From: an uncultured bacterium
Lineage (GTDB): Bacteria > Chloroflexota > UBA5177 > JANWHV01
Reading direction: 5' to 3'
DNA: 64,000 nucleotides
NCBI GenBank assembly: GCA_963729625.1
Contig: CAVSOU010000008.1
Span: forward strand, 928,001-992,000
The translations under genes and the position numbers were made by a program. Under the pieces are notes generated by a model that was given only the letters and a program-made list of their open reading frames with translations, did not search any database and was not told where the DNA came from. Positions 58,973 through 64,000 of the stretch are shown in pieces (position 1 is the stretch's first letter; the number at the start of each line of letters is the position of its first letter).

Positions 58973-61420
58973 ATGACCGGCCCAATCCTCTGCCCCCAGT
59001 GCGGCACGCCGGTTGCTGCCGCGTCTTGCTTCTGCGGCTCGTGCGGCTGCCGCATTGCAAGGCCAGCCGCGTCGACAGCGGGTTTTCACCGCGCCCTCTC
59101 GCCCATCGATGTGCCGCAGCTCGTGGTGAGACAACCGGGCAAACAAGAGGTTGCATTTCCGCTCGTCAGCCAAAGCATGCGGCTCGGGCGGGCGGACGAT
59201 TGCGATATCCGCGTTGCCTCCCCGGGCGTCTCGCGCCTACACGCACTTATCTTCCAGCGGCAGGGCCAGTACGTACTCGTGGATCAGGGCAGCGTGAACG
59301 GCATCTACGTGGGCGGCGCGCGCGTCAAGGAGGCCGTGCTCCACCAGGGCGACCGGGTGCGTATCCCCGATCCGGTAGGTGATGCGATTGTGTTGACGTT
59401 CGAGGCGCCCGTGCCCCCAGGTGCGTTGGCAGTCGCGGCCAGCGGCCCACTCGGGTTTGATCTCGATCCCGCCAGGCCGCGGTTCACTATCGGCCGCGAT
59501 CCCGGTAGCGACTTGGTCATTGACCAGCCGTTGGTGTCACGCCGCCACGCACGGTTCGAGCGGGAAGGCCTGCAGCTCACGCTATACGATCTTGGCAGCA
59601 CCAACGGCACCTACGTGAACGGCAATTGCATCCCTGGCCACGCACAGATCGCGCCGGGCGACGAAATCCGGATCGGGCCGGCGTCGTTCATCTTCGACGG
59701 CCGGCGCCTCGTGCCGTCCACCCAGCAGCAGGGCGTGCGCCTGGACGCACTCAATCTCGTGCGCCGTGTCGGGACAAACCACTCGGATGTAATCCTGAAC
59801 AACGTGTCCCTCAGCATCCTGCCACGGGAGTTCGTAGCCCTCATCGGGGGCAGCGGCGCGGGGAAAACCACGCTCATGTACGCACTCTCCGGCGCCCATC
59901 CTGCCCAGCAAGGTACGATGCTGTATAACGGCCAGGACTTCTACCGCCAGCCGGGTCCCTACAGCGGCGCCATAGGATACGTCCCGCAAGATGACATTCT
60001 GCACCGCGATCTCCCGGTGGAACGGGCCCTCGAGTTCGCGGCGGAGCTACGTTTGCCCCACGATACGACACGCGCCGAACGCGAGCGGCGTGTCACAGAC
60101 GTCTTGCGCGACGTAGAAATGGAGGCGCACCGGTATAAGCGCATTTGCGAGCTGAGCGGTGGCCAGCGCAAGCGCGTAAGCATCGCGCTCGAGCTACTGG
60201 CCAATCCAAAGGTGCTGTTCCTGGATGAGCCGACCTCGGGTCTGGACCCTGGGCTGGACAAGGCGATCATGACACAGCTCCAGCTCCTGAGCGATCGAGG
60301 GCGCACAGTGGTCCTGGTAACCCACGCGACCGAGAACATCCAGATGTGCGATCTGGTAGCGATCATGGCCGGCGGCCGGCTGGTGTACTACGGTCCGCCC
60401 GCCGATGCGCCAGCCTTCTTCGGGGTAGGAACCTACCCCGACGCGTACCGGTACTGCGCACAGCACGCCAGCTCAATCGCGGCTATCGAGGCTGCATTCA
60501 GCCAGTCGAAGTACTTCAGGATGTACGTCGAGGACCGGTTGAAGCAACGGCGGCCGGGGCCGGTTCATGCAGCGGGAGCGCTGCCAGGAAGGGCAAGCCA
60601 GAAACGTGCTGGTGGCCTGCGCCAGTGGAAGATTCTCGGTCGCCGCTACAGCGAGATTCTCCTGCGTGACCGACTAAATCTGGCGCTTCTGCTCGGGCAG
60701 GCTCCGGTAATTGGCGTGCTCCTGCTGCTGGTCGCCGACGGCGATAGCTTTACCCTGGACAACGTCGGCTCGTCCCAGCAGATCCTGCTCATGCTTACGC
60801 TGGCGGCGATATGGTTTGGCACGATCAACGCAGCGCGCGAGATCGTCAAGGAGCGCCCGATTTACCAGCGCGAGCGCATGGTGAACCTGCGCCTCTGGCC
60901 GTACATCCTCTCCAAGTTCGGCATACTCGCCGTGCTCTCGCTGGTCCAGTCGCTCGTTCTGCTGGCACTGGTGGCGCTCAAGGCCAGCCACATCCTGGAC
61001 ACCAGCATTCTGCTGCCGGCATTCCCCGAGATATGGCTCACGCTGCTGCTGACGTCGATGGCAGGTCTCGCCTCCGGCTTGCTGATCTCGAGTCTGGTCA
61101 CATCCGCGGACAGGGCGATGAGTCTGATCCCGGTCGTGCTGCTGGCCCAGGCTATCTTCTGTGGTGGGATCTTTGCGCTGCATGGCGCCATCACCTGCGT
61201 GTCGTACCTTTTCTTCAGCCGCTGGTGCCTAGCCGCACTCGGGTCCACCGTGCACATGAACGACTTGGTTCGCGCGCCGTTGCCCGACTGGCCGAAGGAA
61301 ATGTATGCCTCACCCGACTCCATACACCTTATTGCCTACTGGCTCGTGCTCACCGGGTTCATAGTGGTATTTCTGATGGGAACGCGAGTGTCATTGCGCC
61401 GGCAGGACGCGAGGGGCTAA
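58973..61420 (+). CDS. Zinc ribbon-FHA-FHA-ABC transporter (ATPase plus ABC-2 permease), Rv1747-like
   Basis: Two FHA domains (GR...D...VSR.HA...D.GS.NG.YV), GGSGAGKT, LSGGQ, LFLDEP, REIVKERPIYQRER, six TM segments. Confidence 0.92.
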   Translation: MTGPILCPQCGTPVAAASCFCGSCGCRIARPAASTAGFHRALSPIDVPQLVVRQPGKQEVAFPLVSQSMRLGRADDCDIRVASPGVSRLHALIFQRQGQYVLVDQGSVNGIYVGGARVKEAVLHQGDRVRIPDPVGDAIVLTFEAPVPPGALAVAASGPLGFDLDPARPRFTIGRDPGSDLVIDQPLVSRRHARFEREGLQLTLYDLGSTNGTYVNGNCIPGHAQIAPGDEIRIGPASFIFDGRRLVPSTQQQGVRLDALNLVRRVGTNHSDVILNNVSLSILPREFVALIGGSGAGKTTLMYALSGAHPAQQGTMLYNGQDFYRQPGPYSGAIGYVPQDDILHRDLPVERALEFAAELRLPHDTTRAERERRVTDVLRDVEMEAHRYKRICELSGGQRKRVSIALELLANPKVLFLDEPTSGLDPGLDKAIMTQLQLLSDRGRTVVLVTHATENIQMCDLVAIMAGGRLVYYGPPADAPAFFGVGTYPDAYRYCAQHASSIAAIEAAFSQSKYFRMYVEDRLKQRRPGPVHAAGALPGRASQKRAGGLRQWKILGRRYSEILLRDRLNLALLLGQAPVIGVLLLLVADGDSFTLDNVGSSQQILLMLTLAAIWFGTINAAREIVKERPIYQRERMVNLRLWPYILSKFGILAVLSLVQSLVLLALVALKASHILDTSILLPAFPEIWLTLLLTSMAGLASGLLISSLVTSADRAMSLIPVVLLAQAIFCGGIFALHGAITCVSYLFFSRWCLAALGSTVHMNDLVRAPLPDWPKEMYASPDSIHLIAYWLVLTGFIVVFLMGTRVSLRRQDARG

Positions 61421-61922
61421 CGCGGAGTGCCACGAAACCTAGTAGAGCTGGTGCGACCGGCACTGATCACGATCACCGGTAGAAGGGACGCTCGTCATCG
61501 ATGGCGCGCCCGCCATTCGCGTAACGGAGGTTGCCCACCAGGGAACCCGTGATTTATCCCCGAAGCGATAGCGATGTTGATAGCCGCCCAAGGGTGCACC
61601 AGCGAGTGTGACACTGCGGAATTGACGTTGAGCCAGTTCTCGCCGATATCAATACCAGCGCGATGTGCGATATGATGCGGCTTGGGCGCCGGAGTTAGCG
61701 AGCCGCGCACGACCTCCACGCGGACACAATCGGGTGATCGGCGCAGGTGGAGCGATGGACCGCTCTCAGGTTCGCGAGGCGGTCACGCGCAACGCGCCAT
61801 AGCTGGCCGTCGATATCCGTGGCCGGAAGTGTGGCGCCTGGCCATGGCGGAAGACGCGCCCGGTGCGTTCGGTACCGGTGTCTGTGGCCTCCCAATGCGG
61901 TCGCGTTCACACCAAAATCCGT

Positions 61923-62210
61923 TCAGTGGAACGACTCCGGCCACTGACGTCTTGCGTGGGTGGCGGCGAGGAGTTGTCCCGCGCTCATGCGACAGCGATA
62001 GGGCACGATATACGGGGTATGCGGTACGACAAGCTCGCGCGTACCGTCCACGCGTCCCGGCCGCCCCAGCGCCGGTTGCTCGAGCAGCAGCGCGGTGGCT
62101 GCGAAGATGCGCTTATACGCTCGCTCCGCGGCGTCGGGATCGTCACGCGCGATGTATGCGACAATCTCTGCCAGATCCGCTCGCGCTTGCGGCATCCAGC
62201 GAAGACGCAC
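61923..62210 (-). CDS. RelE/ParE-family toxin
   Basis: LRW...ARADL..I..YIA.DDP.AA...LL.QP.LGRPGRV.GTRELV...PYIVPYR. Confidence 0.85.
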   Translation of the reverse strand: MRLRWMPQARADLAEIVAYIARDDPDAAERAYKRIFAATALLLEQPALGRPGRVDGTRELVVPHTPYIVPYRCRMSAGQLLAATHARRQWPESFH

Positions 62211-62492
62211 TTAGGCCTGCGCCTCGGTGCCGATGCTGCCGGGTCGGGCGCGCGCGTCGGTCACGATTTGCCGCATCTCCGCTTCGATCTCGTCCTGCTC
62301 ATAGCCCAAGCCGGCGTCACCTTCGGCCAGTCCCTGGCGGATCTTGGCTACTTGCCAGCGCTCTTCTGCCAGGTAACGCCGCACAGCTTCTGCTACGCGG
62401 TGATTGCGGCCACGTCCTGTAGCGGCAGCGAGTTCATCGAGTTGTGCCTTATACTCTTCCGCCATGCGGACCGCGATGTTTGTCGTTGCCAT
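62211..62492 (-). CDS. CopG/RHH-family antitoxin
   Basis: IAVRM.E..K..LD.LA..TGR.RN..V.EAV..YL..E.WQV..I..GL.E; abuts the toxin. Confidence 0.85.
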   Translation of the reverse strand: MATTNIAVRMAEEYKAQLDELAAATGRGRNHRVAEAVRRYLAEERWQVAKIRQGLAEGDAGLGYEQDEIEAEMRQIVTDARARPGSIGTEAQA

Positions 62493-62556
62493 CGGGTAGT
62501 CTGCTCCTCACAGAAAGTGAGACAGGTGTAGAGATCTGTGGACATGTCGTCCACAA

Positions 62557-64000
62557 CTAGGTCCGGTTCGGCAACACCGTCCGCGTCCAGGTCGTGCCTC
62601 CGTCCATCGTGTGGAGCAGCACGCCGCCCGAGCCTGCGGTCCAACCCTGCCTGGCATCCACGAACGTGATACTGTACAGACCCTCGTCGCAACCGCTCGC
62701 CTGCCGCGACCAGTGCCGGCCGCCGTCGACGGTGGCGAGGATCGCACCGCTGGTGCACGCGACCCAACCATGCAGCGCATCCGCGAACGCGACTGCGTTG
62801 AATGCCTGGCTTGCCTCCGACAATTGGATCTCCCAGGTCGATCCGCCGTTCGAGGTGAGGAGAATGGCGCCGCGCCGGCTGACTATCCACGCCCTCGCTT
62901 CATCGATGCAAGCCACGCCGGACAAGTCACGGTCTGTGCCGCCGCTTTGCAGTACCCAGGTCTCTCCGCCATCGGTGGTGTGGAGGATCGTTCCTGCATT
63001 GCCAACCACCCGAAAGCGCGGCTCACGCCGCTGGCCTGCACGCTCCAGGTAACTCCGCCGTCGGTGGTGTGCACGATCGTCCCGCCGGCACCGACGGCCC
63101 ACGCGGTCAGCGAGCTGGTGCAGGCGACCGCGTGAAGCTCCTGGCGAGTAGGGCTGAGGTCCTGTTCCCACGTTCGTCCACCGTCCGAAGTGCGCAGGAT
63201 CACACCCTGACTGCCGACCGTCCAGCCATCCAGGTTGTTGGCCATCGCCACGGCGTTGTGGTCGAGCCAGTCCGGCTCCACCAAGGCCGTCCACGTGCGC
63301 CCGCCGTCCTCGCTGTGAGCCAGCCTGCCCAGCGGGCCGACTGCCACGCTGTTATTGACCCCGCCGAATGCCACGCCGAGCAAGCTGGTAGCGCGTGCCA
63401 CCCCCGCCGGTCGCCGCTGCTCTGGAGGGTTAGCTTGCGCCGGCGGAGACCATCGCGGCGCCAGGGATGGCACAGCCAGCTCCGGCCGGGACCATACACG
63501 AGCCGGTTCTATGTCAGCAAACCCTGCAACTATGCGCGTGATGCCGGCCACCGCGATGACCACCGCGGCCGTCTCCATCAGCCACAGTCCGGCGCCGGCG
63601 CCTACCGAGACGTAATTGTGCAGCCACGACAGCGCGGTGTCGGCCGCGCTTAAGGCGGCGATGTAGCGCGCACCCAGCGCGAGCAGCACCGCCGCCAGCG
63701 CCATTTCCACCATCCCCTGGGCCTGGCGCCCGTCTCGCTGGCGCAGGAGCACGGTCAGCTCGATGACCGCAGCCATGCCGCCCAGCATCAGCGCGTACCA
63801 GCCGTCGAGGACCTGCGAATCCACACCGCTCCACGAGATGCTGGTGGTGGTGGTCGAGCCGTTGGCGTCCTGGTAGCTGGACTGCGCGGTGATCCAGGGC
63901 AGAAAAGCGCAGACCGCCGCCACGGTCCCGGCGATCAGTGCTGTGACGGTAGGGCCAACCGCCAGGTCCGAGGTCGTGCTGCCGTTCCTTGCCGCTCCAG
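62557..64000 (-). pseudogene. 4-TM membrane domain plus YCF48/BNR-like propeller (paralog of CDS 1728); start beyond the window; frameshifting deletion near 63010
   Basis: PWITAQ...SWSGVDSQVLDGWY; blades continue in another frame (VVGNAGTILHTTDGG) with about 10 codons missing relative to CDS 1728. Confidence 0.75.

Noticed and set aside
61440-61920. Possible small gene or remnant between the ABC transporter and the RelE toxin
   Set aside because: No frame gives a recognisable protein or convincing start signals

Overview
GC-rich bacterial window (gene style suggests a monoderm soil lineage such as Chloroflexota; not provable here). It is almost entirely an accessory island of predicted secreted or membrane proteins: BNR/YCF48-like, Kelch, TolB/PD40-like, Vgb-like and NHL beta-propellers, Ig-like and lectin-like domains, alpha-2-macroglobulin plus PBP1C, DUF3160, and SGNH and alpha/beta hydrolases. 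It also carries an AfsR/SARP-type BTAD-NB-ARC regulator (truncated, with an orphan C-terminal TPR half elsewhere), a Ser/Thr kinase-NHL protein, an Rv1747-like FHA-FHA-ABC transporter, two toxin-antitoxin pairs and many gene fragments. The main unannotated signal is a 34-bp intergenic element, consensus GCCTAAYG-N3-GCCTAATG-N6-TGC-TAnnnT: two direct repeats with an 11-bp period followed at fixed spacing by an extended -10 box. It occurs 15 times (plus one degenerate copy), always upstream of and co-oriented with a transcription unit (the first copy points off the window edge). This geometry matches SARP/OmpR-family activator-dependent promoters and suggests one large regulon covering most of the island. 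Proteins in the island also share modules in mix-and-match fashion. Several single-base frameshifts look like homopolymer-type assembly errors. No rRNA, tRNA, CRISPR array or intact integrase/transposase was recognised.
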